Of a DNA stretch of 64,000 bases, positions 8,525 to 18,397 are shown piece by piece. The notes under the pieces are model-generated. The model saw only the letters and a program-made list of their open reading frames with translations. It was not told where the DNA came from and did no database searches. A program made the translations under genes and the position numbers. The stretch spans positions 287,339-351,338 of the forward strand of contig CAVYVI010000014.1 of the NCBI GenBank assembly GCA_963771905.1. The letters run 5' to 3'. The stretch comes from an uncultured Acidobacteriota bacterium. GTDB taxonomy: Bacteria > Acidobacteriota > Terriglobia > Acidiferrales > UBA7541. The first letter of the stretch is position 1, and every line of letters begins with the position of its first letter.

Positions 8525-11509
8525 CTATTTCAGCGCGTCGACTTCTGCTTTGGCCGCATGGAAGACAGGGATATCGGGGTCGGCGTCCTTCCACGGTGTG
8601 AGGAACTCCTGGTATGCGGCTCGGGCCTTCGCGCGCGCAGCATCGGCGCCGCCTGTCGAGGATTTGGCTTCCAGAGCGTCGGCGCGGGCAAGTCCGAGGT
8701 GCGCGAGAACGCCGACCGCGCTGTTGAGCGCCAGGCTGCGGTGATCGAGGATCTTCTGAAACTCGGTCGCCGCTTCGGGACCACGAGATTCCGCCCGATA
8801 CGTTTCTCCTCGCAGATACACCGCATTCAGAGTCAAGAAGGATGGCGTATCAGAGAAAACGGCAAATTCGAGCGGACGCACCGCCTCGAGCTGCTCGAGG
8901 GCTTTCTCCGCCTCTCCGGCGTTGAGAGCCAACTGCGCGTTGATGGCAGGCAGCCAGTAGGATTGGACAAGCGTGTCGGACGGAAATCTCTTGCCGAGGT
9001 CTTGCGCAACAGACCGGGCCCGAGCCGTATCGCCAGCCAGCGCAAGGACGAATCCCGCCAGAGATTCGGAGTCATGACTGCCCGGCCCGAGAGCGAGAGC
9101 CGCCTCGGCTTGCTTCTTCGCTTCAGCCGAATTTCCGAAAAGCGCCTCTCGATTCGCACCGTAGGCTTGCCATAGCGCGGCTGCTTCCTTATTGTCCGTT
9201 TGCACTGCCGCGGCCACCGCGCGCTGCGTGAGTTCCCGGGCGTTCTTCAATCGGCCGTAGTAGGCCTCGGTGTCCGCTTCGCTGGCGAGCATTTCGTGTT
9301 TGAAATCGGAGTGGATGTCGAACCAGGCAACTTGCTCCGCCATCTCCTTGGTATTGTTCTTCAAGAAGGCGATATCGTAGGAATAGATGTGAAGCGGGTC
9401 GTCGTCCAAATTTCGCGCCAACGCACTCTGGATCTCCGTGCGCGCTTCATCGATACGCCCCAGGGCGATGTAACTCTCGGCCACATTATCGATGGCAATG
9501 ACGTCCGCGGGGTCCAGCCGTTTACTTTCGAGAGACGCATCCAGCGCCTTCTGATAGTCACCGAGCGCGAGATACCCGCTGCCGAGGTCGAGGAAGGCGA
9601 CGGGGTCCCGTGGGAAACTCTCCGTCCACTCCCGGAATGTCGCCACCGCTTTCGGCAAGTCGCCAGTCGTAGAATCGTAGTAGAGGGCGGAGATATGCAG
9701 CTTCTCGCGCTCGCTCGCATGCTCGCGGAGTTCGAAGGCCTTGGTCAAATACTCGTTCGCTCGTACGGGCTGGCCCATATTGCTGTACATGACGCCGACG
9801 CTCATGTAGGCGCTCGCAAAATTCGGATCGAGCTCCGACGCGCGTTGAAAGTACGGCAGCCCCGCCACCGATCCTTTTTCGCTGCTGGTCTTGATTGCCA
9901 GGCTGAAAGCCTTCAGGGCCTCAAGTGACGACGTTGTCGCTTGATCGAGCGGCACGTCGAACTTCCGGACTGACGCGAGCGACTCGCCGAGCTCGCCGCG
10001 CAACCTCGACGCCGCATCCCCCAGCGCATCCAGAACCTTTTCCTTTCCCGCAGCCGTCGCCTGTTCCTGCGCCAGCGTCTCCCCGTTGTCGCAGTTCACC
10101 GCCGTCAGCCCGATCACGTACTGGCTCCCGAGGCCGGCGATCGATCCCGCGATGTAGGCCTTGCTTCCCGCGCGCTCACATACTTCGCGCGCCACCTCCG
10201 GCGTCAGCGGCGTATTCGCCGACCGTGTCATCAAAGCCAGCATTGTTCCGACTTTTTCATCGGAAAGCACGTTCAGAAACGGCGATTGCCGCAGCGAGAC
10301 CGAAAGCGCCTGCTTCAGCGCGTCGTCAAATACCGGATCGCCCGTCGAGTTCGCAAAATCACCGATTACCACGGAATCCCGATCCGTCAGCACTGCCGCA
10401 TGATTTCGGCCCCTGAGCCACCAGACGCCGATTGCAATCGCCACAAGAACGGCCGCAGCAATCGCTGTCGTTGCCATTCTTCGGCGCGCGTCTCGTTTTC
10501 CGCCCTCAAAGGGAGCATTCGCAGCCGCCGATTTTCCTTTTGGCTCGCCCGGCGCTGCCATCGACGCGACGCCCGTCCCCACCACGGCGGAACTGGCAGA
10601 TTCCGCTACGACCCGGCTCGAATCCGTGTCGCGCTTCAGTCGCTGCAAGTCTGCCCGCAGATCAGAGGCGTGCTGGTAGCGCAAGGCGGGGTCTTTCTCG
10701 AGTGCCTTATTGATGATCTCTTCGAGTTTAGGCGGGACCTTCGCATTCAATCGCACCGGCGCCACGGGCGCACGATTCAGGATGGCGTCGAATATTTCAG
10801 CCGAAGTATTTCCGGGAAACGCCATCTGTCCAGTCGTCATTTCGTAGAACACAACGCCGAAGCTGAACAAATCCGATCGTGCGTCGAGTGCCCGGCCTCG
10901 CGCCTGCTCGGGCGACATGTACGCGACGGTTCCGAGCGCTGTGCCGGGGCTCGTGAGATCCAGTTCGCTCACCAACTGGCGGTCCTCCGTCGTGATCGGG
11001 TCGAGCGAAGCGTTCGGCGTCTCGAACGTCTTCGCCAAGCCGAAATCGAGCACTTTCGCCTGCTGGCGCGCCGTCACAAATATATTTGCCGGTTTGATGT
11101 CCCGGTGAATGATGCCCTTGGAATGCGCGGCATCGAGCGCGTCGGCGATTTGGATCGCAACGTTCAGCGCCACATCCAGAGGAATCGGCTTTCCCGAAAT
11201 GCGATGCTTGAGCGTCTCACCTTCAAGGAACTCCATCGCGATTACAGGCTGCCCGTCTGTTTCCGCGATTTCGTAAATTGTGCAGATGTTCGGATGATTC
11301 AATGCGGAGGCAGCGCGCGCTTCGCGCCGGAATCGCTCGAGCGCGGTGGAATCCCGCGTGACGTCAGCGGGCAATAACTTCAGCGCGACGAAGCGGCCGA
11401 GGCTGATGTCCTCGGCCTTGTAGACGACACCCATTCCTCCACCGCCGAGTTTCTCGACGATTCGGAAATGGGAAATGATCTGGCCGGAAGCGCGTTCGGA
11501 TTCAGGCAT
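8525..11509 (-). CDS. Ser/Thr protein kinase with a transmembrane segment and a large TPR-repeat sensor domain
   Basis: Hanks kinase motifs are present: [36 protein letters not shown]. One TM helix ([15 protein letters not shown]). A C-terminal half of about 550 aa has TPR-like repeats. Confidence 0.9.
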   Translation of the reverse strand: MPESERASGQIISHFRIVEKLGGGGMGVVYKAEDISLGRFVALKLLPADVTRDSTALERFRREARAASALNHPNICTIYEIAETDGQPVIAMEFLEGETLKHRISGKPIPLDVALNVAIQIADALDAAHSKGIIHRDIKPANIFVTARQQAKVLDFGLAKTFETPNASLDPITTEDRQLVSELDLTSPGTALGTVAYMSPEQARGRALDARSDLFSFGVVFYEMTTGQMAFPGNTSAEIFDAILNRAPVAPVRLNAKVPPKLEEIINKALEKDPALRYQHASDLRADLQRLKRDTDSSRVVAESASSAVVGTGVASMAAPGEPKGKSAAANAPFEGGKRDARRRMATTAIAAAVLVAIAIGVWWLRGRNHAAVLTDRDSVVIGDFANSTGDPVFDDALKQALSVSLRQSPFLNVLSDEKVGTMLALMTRSANTPLTPEVAREVCERAGSKAYIAGSIAGLGSQYVIGLTAVNCDNGETLAQEQATAAGKEKVLDALGDAASRLRGELGESLASVRKFDVPLDQATTSSLEALKAFSLAIKTSSEKGSVAGLPYFQRASELDPNFASAYMSVGVMYSNMGQPVRANEYLTKAFELREHASEREKLHISALYYDSTTGDLPKAVATFREWTESFPRDPVAFLDLGSGYLALGDYQKALDASLESKRLDPADVIAIDNVAESYIALGRIDEARTEIQSALARNLDDDPLHIYSYDIAFLKNNTKEMAEQVAWFDIHSDFKHEMLASEADTEAYYGRLKNARELTQRAVAAAVQTDNKEAAALWQAYGANREALFGNSAEAKKQAEAALALGPGSHDSESLAGFVLALAGDTARARSVAQDLGKRFPSDTLVQSYWLPAINAQLALNAGEAEKALEQLEAVRPLEFAVFSDTPSFLTLNAVYLRGETYRAESRGPEAATEFQKILDHRSLALNSAVGVLAHLGLARADALEAKSSTGGADAARAKARAAYQEFLTPWKDADPDIPVFHAAKAEVDALK

Positions 11510-11684
11510 GGACGCGCTATGTTAGGTTGCGTTCGACAGCAAGTCAACGCGGCTTCGTGCTTGCGGTCGGAAACGGTTGGAAACTACTTCGTCCCGCCCC
11601 CGCCGTGGCTTCATGCGATGCAAATGCGGATGCCCGTTCGTCGTGCAGGCCGCAAATCTCGCGCGTCTAACGGTGCAAATCGCT

Positions 11685-13814
11685 TTACGCCGAAACGGCC
11701 TCGCCTTCTTCCTCGTGGTGCGGCTTGTGCGCGGCGATCACTTTCTCCGCCAGCTCAGCCGGCACAAAATCGTAGTGCGAAAACTCCATCGAATAGCTTC
11801 CGCGGCCCTGCGTCATCGAGATCAATTCATTCGCGTAGCTCAGCATCTCGGCGAACGGCACCTGCGCCTTGATGATCACATTTTGCCCGCGCGCCTCACT
11901 TCCGCTGATTTTCCCGCGCCGCCCGCTCAAATGGCCCATCAGGTCGCCTGAATACTGATCCGGCGCGTACACCTCCACCTTCATGATCGGCTCGAGCAGT
12001 GCCGGCCGTGCCTGCTTCATCCCTTCCTTGAACGCCAGCGACCCGGCAATCTTGAACGCCATATCCGATGAGTCCACGTCGTGATATTTCCCGTCGTAGA
12101 GGATCGCCCGGAAATCCACCACCGGAAATCCCGCCAGAAATCCGCGCTCGGCGGAATCGCGGATTCCTTTCTCCACCGACGCTATCCAATTCTTCGGAAT
12201 CGCCCCGCCGAAAACATCGTCCACGAATTCCACGCCCGACCCGCGCGGCAGCGGTTCCAACTTGACGCGCGCGACACCGAACTGACCGTGCCCGCCTGTC
12301 TGCTTCTTGTGCTTGCCTTCGGCGTCGGCCTTCGCGCGAATCGTCTCCCGGTAAGCCACCTTCGGCGGATGCAGCGTCAGTTCGACGTGATACCGCTTCC
12401 GTAATTTCGCCACGACCACTTCGATGTGCTGCTGACCCGATCCGGAAAGCAGAAATTCCTTCGTTTGCGGGTCGCGGCTGAACCGCAGCGCGAGATCTTC
12501 CTCCAGAATCTTGTGAATCGCGACGCCGATGCGGTCTTCGTCGGCGCGAGTCTTCGGCTCGATGGCAAACGTGATTGAAGGCTCCGGAATGCGCGCGTGC
12601 GGATAATAAATCGCCGCGTTCTTGTCGCCCAGCGTGTCGCTCGTGGTCGTCTCTTTCAGCTTCGCCACCGCGCCAAGATCCCCCGCGTGCAGCTCCGGAA
12701 CATCCAGCGCCGTTTTTCCCTGCATCGCGTGAATGTGCTGCAGCCGTTCCTGCGTACTCCGGTTGAAATTCGAAAGCGTCGCATCATTCTTGAGCACGCC
12801 CGACATCACCTTGAAATACGTGATGCGTCCGGCAAAAGGATCGGCCAGCGTCTTGAACACGAAAATCGAGCATGGCTCCGATGTTGCGATTTTCCGATCG
12901 ATGGCCTCGCCCTTGAGGTCCGCCGACTTGTTCCCGCTCGCGGTCTTGCGCGCGTCCGGCGCAGGAAACATTTCGGCGATGAAGTTCAGAATCGCATCGC
13001 TGCCGATGTTGTGCAGCGCTGAGCTCATCAGCACGGGGAATATCCGCTTGGCCTCGACGGCTTCCCGGAGCCCTTTTTTCAGATCTTCCACCGGCAGCGT
13101 GCCCTGATCGAAAAATTCCTGCATCAACTCGTCGTCGATTTCCGCCACGAGCTCCACGAGCTTCTCGTGCGCGGCCTTGGCTTCCTCGGCCAGCTCCGCC
13201 GGAATCTCGCCGATTTTCGCCTTGCCGTCCCCGTCGGGCGTGTACGTCAATGCCTGCATGGCAATCAGATCCACAACGCCCCGGAATCCTTTCTCCTGTC
13301 CGATCGGCATCTGAATCGGCACCGCGCCGCGACCGAACACCTGTTCGAGCGAATGCATCGCGCGCTCGAAGCTGGCCAGTTCGCGGTCCATCCAATTGAT
13401 CACGAACGCGCGCGGGAGATCGTACTCGGTGGCGAAGTCCCAGACTTTTTCGGTGATCACCTGGCAGCCAGCCGCCGCGTCCACGAGGATCAGCGCGGCA
13501 TCCACGCCAATCAGCGAAGCTTTCGTTTCGTTCACAAAAGTGCTGTAACCGGGCGTATCGAGGAAATTAATCTTGAGCTTTTCGGATTGCGATGGCGGGG
13601 CCCATTCGGCGAAGGCGAGGCTGCTCTGAATCGATATCTTTCTGGCGATTTCTTCTTCGTCCCAATCTGTCACCGTCGACCCCTCGGTCACCTTGCCGAG
13701 ACGAGGTGTCATTCCCGCAGTGAACAGCAGCGACGATACGAGCTGCGTCTTCCCCGTATCGCCGTGGCCTACAATGCCAACATTACGAATCGCACCTGTC
13801 GTGTAAGTTTTCAT
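11685..13814 (-). CDS. Elongation factor G paralog (EF-G2-like translational GTPase)
   Basis: G-domain motifs GHGDTGKT, DTPG and NWMD (NKxD variant), with EF-G domains II-V throughout (709 aa). It is not in an rpsL-rpsG-fusA-tuf context. Confidence 0.85.
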   Translation of the reverse strand: MKTYTTGAIRNVGIVGHGDTGKTQLVSSLLFTAGMTPRLGKVTEGSTVTDWDEEEIARKISIQSSLAFAEWAPPSQSEKLKINFLDTPGYSTFVNETKASLIGVDAALILVDAAAGCQVITEKVWDFATEYDLPRAFVINWMDRELASFERAMHSLEQVFGRGAVPIQMPIGQEKGFRGVVDLIAMQALTYTPDGDGKAKIGEIPAELAEEAKAAHEKLVELVAEIDDELMQEFFDQGTLPVEDLKKGLREAVEAKRIFPVLMSSALHNIGSDAILNFIAEMFPAPDARKTASGNKSADLKGEAIDRKIATSEPCSIFVFKTLADPFAGRITYFKVMSGVLKNDATLSNFNRSTQERLQHIHAMQGKTALDVPELHAGDLGAVAKLKETTTSDTLGDKNAAIYYPHARIPEPSITFAIEPKTRADEDRIGVAIHKILEEDLALRFSRDPQTKEFLLSGSGQQHIEVVVAKLRKRYHVELTLHPPKVAYRETIRAKADAEGKHKKQTGGHGQFGVARVKLEPLPRGSGVEFVDDVFGGAIPKNWIASVEKGIRDSAERGFLAGFPVVDFRAILYDGKYHDVDSSDMAFKIAGSLAFKEGMKQARPALLEPIMKVEVYAPDQYSGDLMGHLSGRRGKISGSEARGQNVIIKAQVPFAEMLSYANELISMTQGRGSYSMEFSHYDFVPAELAEKVIAAHKPHHEEEGEAVSA

Positions 13815-14139
13815 GGTTAACCTCGGACCGATTCAATTGATCGGCTAAACTCGGAAGGGGCAGAGATTTCGCAAAAACAAGATTCCTTCTGCGAGAGCAC
13901 AATTCCGTGGAACGAGGATGCTCCGCCGCAATTGCTTGCAGGTCTTTCATGGGCATATTTGCCCCTGGGAAGCGGGATGCTAGCACAGCGTCAACGCGCG
14001 TTCAATCTTCGGATAAATCGCTCCGCATAAACCGCGCGGCTACAATGCCTTACGTATTTCCGTCGCCCGCTGAGTCTCCATTTCAAATTCCCGCGGCATC
14101 GGCGATCATCGGCAAATCCGCAGCGAAGAGGAAACGAGC

Positions 14140-14643
14140 ATGCATGACGCAAAATATTGGATCGATCGCCTGAGCTTAATCGGGCATCCCGAAGGCGGCT
14201 ACTACCACTCGACCTACAAATCCGACGTGATACTCCCGCCCGGCGCGCTCCCGCCGCGATTCAACGGCGCGCGACCCGCTGCGACATCCATTTATTTCTT
14301 GCTCGATGCAGAAGATTTCTCGGCGTTGCATCGCCTTCACTCCGACGAGTTGTGGCACTTCTACGCGGGCAGCGCCCTCGTGGTTCACATAATTGAGTCG
14401 AACGGCCGGTATTCCGAAATCGTGCTTGGGAGCGAACCCGAGTCCGGCGAGGCGTTCCAAGGCGTCGTCAAAGCGGGCTGTTGGTTCGGCGCTAGCTTGA
14501 AAGATCGCAAGTCCTTCGCGCTGGTAGGTTGCGATGTCGCGCCCGGCTTCGATTTCGCGGATTTCGAGCTAGCAAAGCGTGCCGACTTAATCTGCCTGCT
14601 TCCCCAGCATCGCGCCGTGATCGAAGCCCTCACTCGCGGTTGA
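14140..14643 (+). CDS. Cupin superfamily protein (DUF985 family)
   Basis: HPEGGYYHSTYKS...SIYFLL...SALHRLHSDELWHFYAG is the characteristic DUF985 cupin pattern. Confidence 0.8.
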   Translation: MHDAKYWIDRLSLIGHPEGGYYHSTYKSDVILPPGALPPRFNGARPAATSIYFLLDAEDFSALHRLHSDELWHFYAGSALVVHIIESNGRYSEIVLGSEPESGEAFQGVVKAGCWFGASLKDRKSFALVGCDVAPGFDFADFELAKRADLICLLPQHRAVIEALTRG

Positions 14644-14725
14644 ACCCGCCGTCACGGAGCTTTAACCGGACTGTAACGAAGCTGTAACCCGTGAGACGCC
14701 GCCGATTGCGGATAATCGAGCGCCT

Positions 14726-15073
14726 ATGAACGCTCCCCGGCTTACTTTAACGCGCGGCGACGCATCGTCCGCAGGGCCCGAGGTGCTCACCCTGATCGGA
14801 CCGCTCGTCATGGCTACAACCGCGACTTTCCAGGAATGGTTGCGATCGGAAACGGCGGGTTCGGTCATCCTCGACTTCAACGAAGTGCCGTTCATTGACT
14901 CAGCAGGCCTCGGCGCGATGATCTCGATCTTCCTCCACTACAAGCGCAACAGTCGCAAACTCGCACTCGTTGGAGTGAATGAGAAATGCCACGCGCTCTT
15001 CCGGATGACCAACGTCGAAAGTTTATTTCCCAATTTCGCGACTGTCGACGACGCCCGCAAATCTTTTGGGTGA
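14726..15073 (+). CDS. STAS-domain anti-sigma-factor antagonist (SpoIIAA/RsbV-like)
   Basis: 115 aa with FIDSAGLGAMI (conserved phosphorylatable Ser context) and a C-terminal LALVGVNEKCHALFRMTNV. No partner kinase or phosphatase is adjacent. Confidence 0.75.
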   Translation: MNAPRLTLTRGDASSAGPEVLTLIGPLVMATTATFQEWLRSETAGSVILDFNEVPFIDSAGLGAMISIFLHYKRNSRKLALVGVNEKCHALFRMTNVESLFPNFATVDDARKSFG

Positions 15074-15092
15074 AGTTTGCGCGCTGCGTCTC

Positions 15093-15689
15093 TTATGTCT
15101 TCGCAGGAACAAATCGCATCGCAGCCGCGTTCATGCAAAAGCGCAGTCCCGTCGGCTGTGGACCATCATCGAAGACATGACCAAGATGCGCGTCGCACAG
15201 CGTGCAGATCACTTCCGTACGCTCGATTCCGAGGCTATCGTCGCTGCGTTGCGTGACATTTTCCTTCGCGATTGGCGCCCAGAAGCTCGGCCACCCCGTC
15301 TCGGAATCATATTTCGTGTCGGAGCTGTAGAGCGCGTTGGCGCAACACACGCACCGGTAAATTCCCTTGTCGTGCCGGTTGTAACCTTCGCCGGTGAACG
15401 CCATTTCCGTGTCCGCGCGCCGCGCGATGTCGTATTGATTCGGCGTGAGAATCTTGCGCCATTCGGCATCGCTCTTCCCGACTTTCGCAGCGGTTACGGC
15501 ACCGAGCCGTTTGCCCGTATCGTCAAACTGAACGATCGTCACGGTTCCTGGCTTCGCATTCTTGTCCGTCGAAGGTGAAGAGATCGGCCCCGCTCCCGTC
15601 GCGAGCCCGAGCCGCCCACCGTATCGCCACGCGATCGCTGAAATTCCCGCAAACGCCGCCGCTCCAAAAATAAACTCCCGTCGAATCAT
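15093..15689 (-). CDS. msrB: Peptide-methionine (R)-S-oxide reductase MsrB with a Tat-type signal peptide
   Basis: SelR domain: YRCVCCANALY and CTLCDAHLGHVFDDGP (two CxxC zinc pairs), GWPSFW and RFCMNAAAMRF. The start is set at MIRREFIFGAAAFAGISAIAW (RRxF twin-arginine motif). The upstream 210 codons of track ORF 15093..16322 overlap the asparaginase-family gene in another frame and were discarded. Confidence 0.85.
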   Translation of the reverse strand: MIRREFIFGAAAFAGISAIAWRYGGRLGLATGAGPISSPSTDKNAKPGTVTIVQFDDTGKRLGAVTAAKVGKSDAEWRKILTPNQYDIARRADTEMAFTGEGYNRHDKGIYRCVCCANALYSSDTKYDSETGWPSFWAPIAKENVTQRSDDSLGIERTEVICTLCDAHLGHVFDDGPQPTGLRFCMNAAAMRFVPAKT

Positions 15690-15823
15690 CGTTTGAATTT
15701 CCTTCTCGCGAGCTGCCCTCTCGCTCCCATCGTCTGCGGCCGCCACCACAGTCTTGGGTGCGCTCGGGTCCGTTGGACGCGCCAATCCGCCAAATGTTAC
15801 GCCGCGACGATCGCTCGCGCCGA

Positions 15824-16717
15824 CTAGGGCGCTACAACAAATGTCCCGTCCGCAGCCACATACCCAAACGCCATGTGCGAAGTACTGAACGCGAATCCCG
15901 GCGTCCCGTTCCTGTCGAGGAGTATCAGCCCGCCAGTGCCCCGCCCGCGCAGGTGCAGCAGCCGCGTGCACGCCTCCGCCGCAGCCATCGGCGCCTGTCC
16001 CGCGCGCAGCATCTCCACCGCCGTCTTCCCGAGCACGACACGCATAATCGCTTCGCCGAGTCCGGTGCACGAAACGCCGCCGGCTTCGCTGTCCACATAG
16101 CAGCCGCAACCGATCAGCGGCGAATCTCCCACGCGCCCCGCATGTTTGCAGCACGTCCCGCCCGTCGAAGTTCCTGCGATCAAATTCCCCTGCGCGTCCA
16201 TCGCCACCGCGCCCACCGTGCCCATCGCATGATCGACATGAAATTCCGCGGCGTGCTGATCCTCGCGGCAGCGCCGCCACGCCATCCTCTCGCGGTCCAG
16301 CACCAGCTCCTCGGGATCGCACAGCGGCAATCCCTGTTCGCGCGCAAATTGCTCCGCACCCGCCGCGATCAACATCATGTGCTCGCTCGCTTGTTGAACC
16401 CGTCGCGCCAATCGAATCGGATTGCGGATCCGTTCGACTCCCGCCACCGCGCCGGCCTTCAGCGTCGCGCCATCCATTACGATCGCGTCCAGCTCGACGT
16501 GCCCATCGCGATTCAAATGCGCGCCGATGCCCGCGTCAAACACAGGATCGTCTTCCAGGACAACAATCGATTCTTCCACCGCGTCCATCGCCGATCCGCC
16601 GCGCCCAAGAATTTTCCAGCCCGCTTCGAGCGCCCGCCGGCATCCGTTCCGGCAATCTTCCCGCGCGCTTTCAGGAATGTTCCACGCGCCGCCGTGAACG
16701 ATGAGAGATGGCTTCAA
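15824..16717 (-). CDS. Isoaspartyl peptidase / L-asparaginase (Ntn-hydrolase, plant-type asparaginase family)
   Basis: MKPSLIVHGGAWNIP start, autoprocessing/nucleophile motif GTVGAVAMD, and GGVSCTGLGE near the C-terminus. Confidence 0.85.
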   Translation of the reverse strand: MKPSLIVHGGAWNIPESAREDCRNGCRRALEAGWKILGRGGSAMDAVEESIVVLEDDPVFDAGIGAHLNRDGHVELDAIVMDGATLKAGAVAGVERIRNPIRLARRVQQASEHMMLIAAGAEQFAREQGLPLCDPEELVLDRERMAWRRCREDQHAAEFHVDHAMGTVGAVAMDAQGNLIAGTSTGGTCCKHAGRVGDSPLIGCGCYVDSEAGGVSCTGLGEAIMRVVLGKTAVEMLRAGQAPMAAAEACTRLLHLRGRGTGGLILLDRNGTPGFAFSTSHMAFGYVAADGTFVVAP

Positions 16718-16735
16718 AGGGAGTCGAAGAGTCCG

Positions 16736-17017
16736 TCAGAGTTTGGGATACAGCATTAGCGTGAGACTCAAGACGATCAGCAGAGGCCCGACGAACGCCA
16801 GGCCCATCCCGAGAAACATCGGAAGTGTTCCGCGCGGCTTCACCATCGCCTCTTTTTCGGAAAACGGCCGCACCTTCGAATTCGGCTCACGCAGCAGGGA
16901 ACGGAACATCCGCATATAAGACGACATCCAGAACGTCAGCTCGCGCCGGGCTTGCCACAATAAATCCAGCCCCGCGAAGAATAGCAGCGCGCCGACAATG
17001 GCCAGCAGATGAGCCAC
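16736..17017 (-). CDS. Small membrane protein (hypothetical, 2 TM)
   Basis: 93 aa with hydrophobic N- and C-terminal helices. It is tightly packed between the flanking same-strand genes (2-nt and 18-nt gaps). No family recognised. Confidence 0.5.
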   Translation of the reverse strand: MAHLLAIVGALLFFAGLDLLWQARRELTFWMSSYMRMFRSLLREPNSKVRPFSEKEAMVKPRGTLPMFLGMGLAFVGPLLIVLSLTLMLYPKL

Positions 17018-17019
17018 GG

Positions 17020-17724
17020 TTAGCCTCCTCGATGCGCCGTGCGGCTGATCAACGCGGGCGCTTCGTGCACTTCGCGCGCCGCCGCCGCAGCCTTCTGCGC
17101 CTCGGCTTGCGCCATGGTGGTCTCATCGGCGCCCGGCTTCTCCCTGGTCCGCTGCCACGTATAGACGATTTGGTGAATCACGGTGATGTTGGGCCCGATC
17201 GCCAGCAGCCACAATGCCAGGGGCATGCGATTCGCAAGCGCAGCGATTATCATCAGCACAATCCGCTCGGGCCTCTCCCAAAATCCCACCGTCAATTTCC
17301 CGATCAACGATTCCGCGCGCGCCTTCGCGTAACTGATCATCACCGCGCCGGCCATCGCGATCCCGACGAGCGACGCTTCAAGGAACCGGTTGACCTGCGT
17401 GTAGTAGACCATCAAACCCAGGAACAACATCAGATCCGAATAGCGATCGAGGATCGAATCGAGGAATCCGCCAAATCTCGAAACCCGCCCCTGCTTCCGC
17501 GCCACCGGCCCATCGACGATGTCGAAAAATCCCGCAACGATCATCATCCCGCCGGCCGCGGCAAATCGCCCCGCGGCAAACAACACCGCCGCCCAAAAAT
17601 TGAAAAACAGGATCAGCCAGGTGAGAACGTTGGGAGGAATTTCCGTCGCAGCGATACCCGCCACGATGCGGTCAAGCAGCGACTCGAACGGTCGCGCGAT
17701 GCGTCGCGTCAGCATCGGCTGCAC
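17020..17724 (-). CDS. CDP-alcohol phosphatidyltransferase family protein
   Basis: Signature D-x2-D-G-x2-A-R-x8-G-x3-D-x3-D is present as FDIVDGPVARKQGRVSRFGGFLDSILDRYSD. The protein is multi-TM. Confidence 0.85.
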   Translation of the reverse strand: MQPMLTRRIARPFESLLDRIVAGIAATEIPPNVLTWLILFFNFWAAVLFAAGRFAAAGGMMIVAGFFDIVDGPVARKQGRVSRFGGFLDSILDRYSDLMLFLGLMVYYTQVNRFLEASLVGIAMAGAVMISYAKARAESLIGKLTVGFWERPERIVLMIIAALANRMPLALWLLAIGPNITVIHQIVYTWQRTREKPGADETTMAQAEAQKAAAAAREVHEAPALISRTAHRGG

Positions 17725-17727
17725 GTC

Positions 17728-18207
17728 CTATTCTTCTTCGTAGATGGTTTGGAGCCGTACAACTTCGAATTCCTTGGTCCCCGCCGGCGTCACCACCTGA
17801 ACTTCATCGCCCACTTTCTTGCCCAGGAGCGCGCGGCCGATCGGGGACGTTGTGGAGATCAGGCCCTTCGTCGCGTCCGCTTCTTCTGTCGTTACCAACT
17901 TATACTCCACCTTTTCCGACTTGTTCAAGTCGAGCACCAATACGCGCGAACCGTAAGCGGCACGGTCCTTCGGCAGGCTGCTCAGATTCAGCATGGCGAT
18001 ATCGGCCATGCGCTGGTGTAGTTGCCCGAGCCGCGCCGAGACGAACGACTGCCGTTCCTTCGCGTACTTATACTCAGCGTTTTCAGACAGATCGCCGTGC
18101 GCCCGCGCCTTCATCAGCTCTTTGGGGAGCTCGCTGTGAAGCTCGTGATCGAGCGTCGCGATTTCGTCCAGCAATTTCTTTCGGATCTTGTCGGCAATAT
18201 CGGCCAT
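17728..18207 (-). CDS. greA: Transcription elongation factor GreA
   Basis: Coiled-coil N-domain with GDLSENAEYKYAKERQ, and a C-terminal domain ISTTSPIGRALLGKKVGDEV. I prefer the start at MADIADK (18207), because the predicted promoter places the TSS downstream of the alternative ATG at 18273. Confidence 0.9.
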   Translation of the reverse strand: MADIADKIRKKLLDEIATLDHELHSELPKELMKARAHGDLSENAEYKYAKERQSFVSARLGQLHQRMADIAMLNLSSLPKDRAAYGSRVLVLDLNKSEKVEYKLVTTEEADATKGLISTTSPIGRALLGKKVGDEVQVVTPAGTKEFEVVRLQTIYEEE

Positions 18208-18276
18208 TTTTTTGCTGCGCCCGCGCCCTCGTCCTTCTGTTCCGCCCGGTTTCGCCACGCGCGTCAAATCCACTTG

Positions 18277-18306
18277 ATTATAGAGGATTTGCTAACGCAC
18301 CTGCAA
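18277..18306 (-). promoter_or_regulatory. Putative sigma-70-like promoter of greA
   Basis: The minus strand reads TTGCAG-N18-TATAAT (perfect -10 at 18282..18277). Confidence 0.4.
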
Positions 18307-18397
18307 ACGGCGGCGAGCTCGCCTCCGTCGGCCGCAGGTTTTCCACAGGCCAACCTTTCGCGCCGCCCTTTGAACTGAATCTTAGCCGAGACCGCTA

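Noticed and set aside
15690-16322. N-terminal 210 codons of track ORF 15093..16322 (the extended MsrB frame)
   Set aside because: The product is Gly/Arg-rich nonsense that overlaps the asparaginase-family gene (15824..16717) on the same strand in another frame. A proper Tat-signal start for MsrB exists at 15689.
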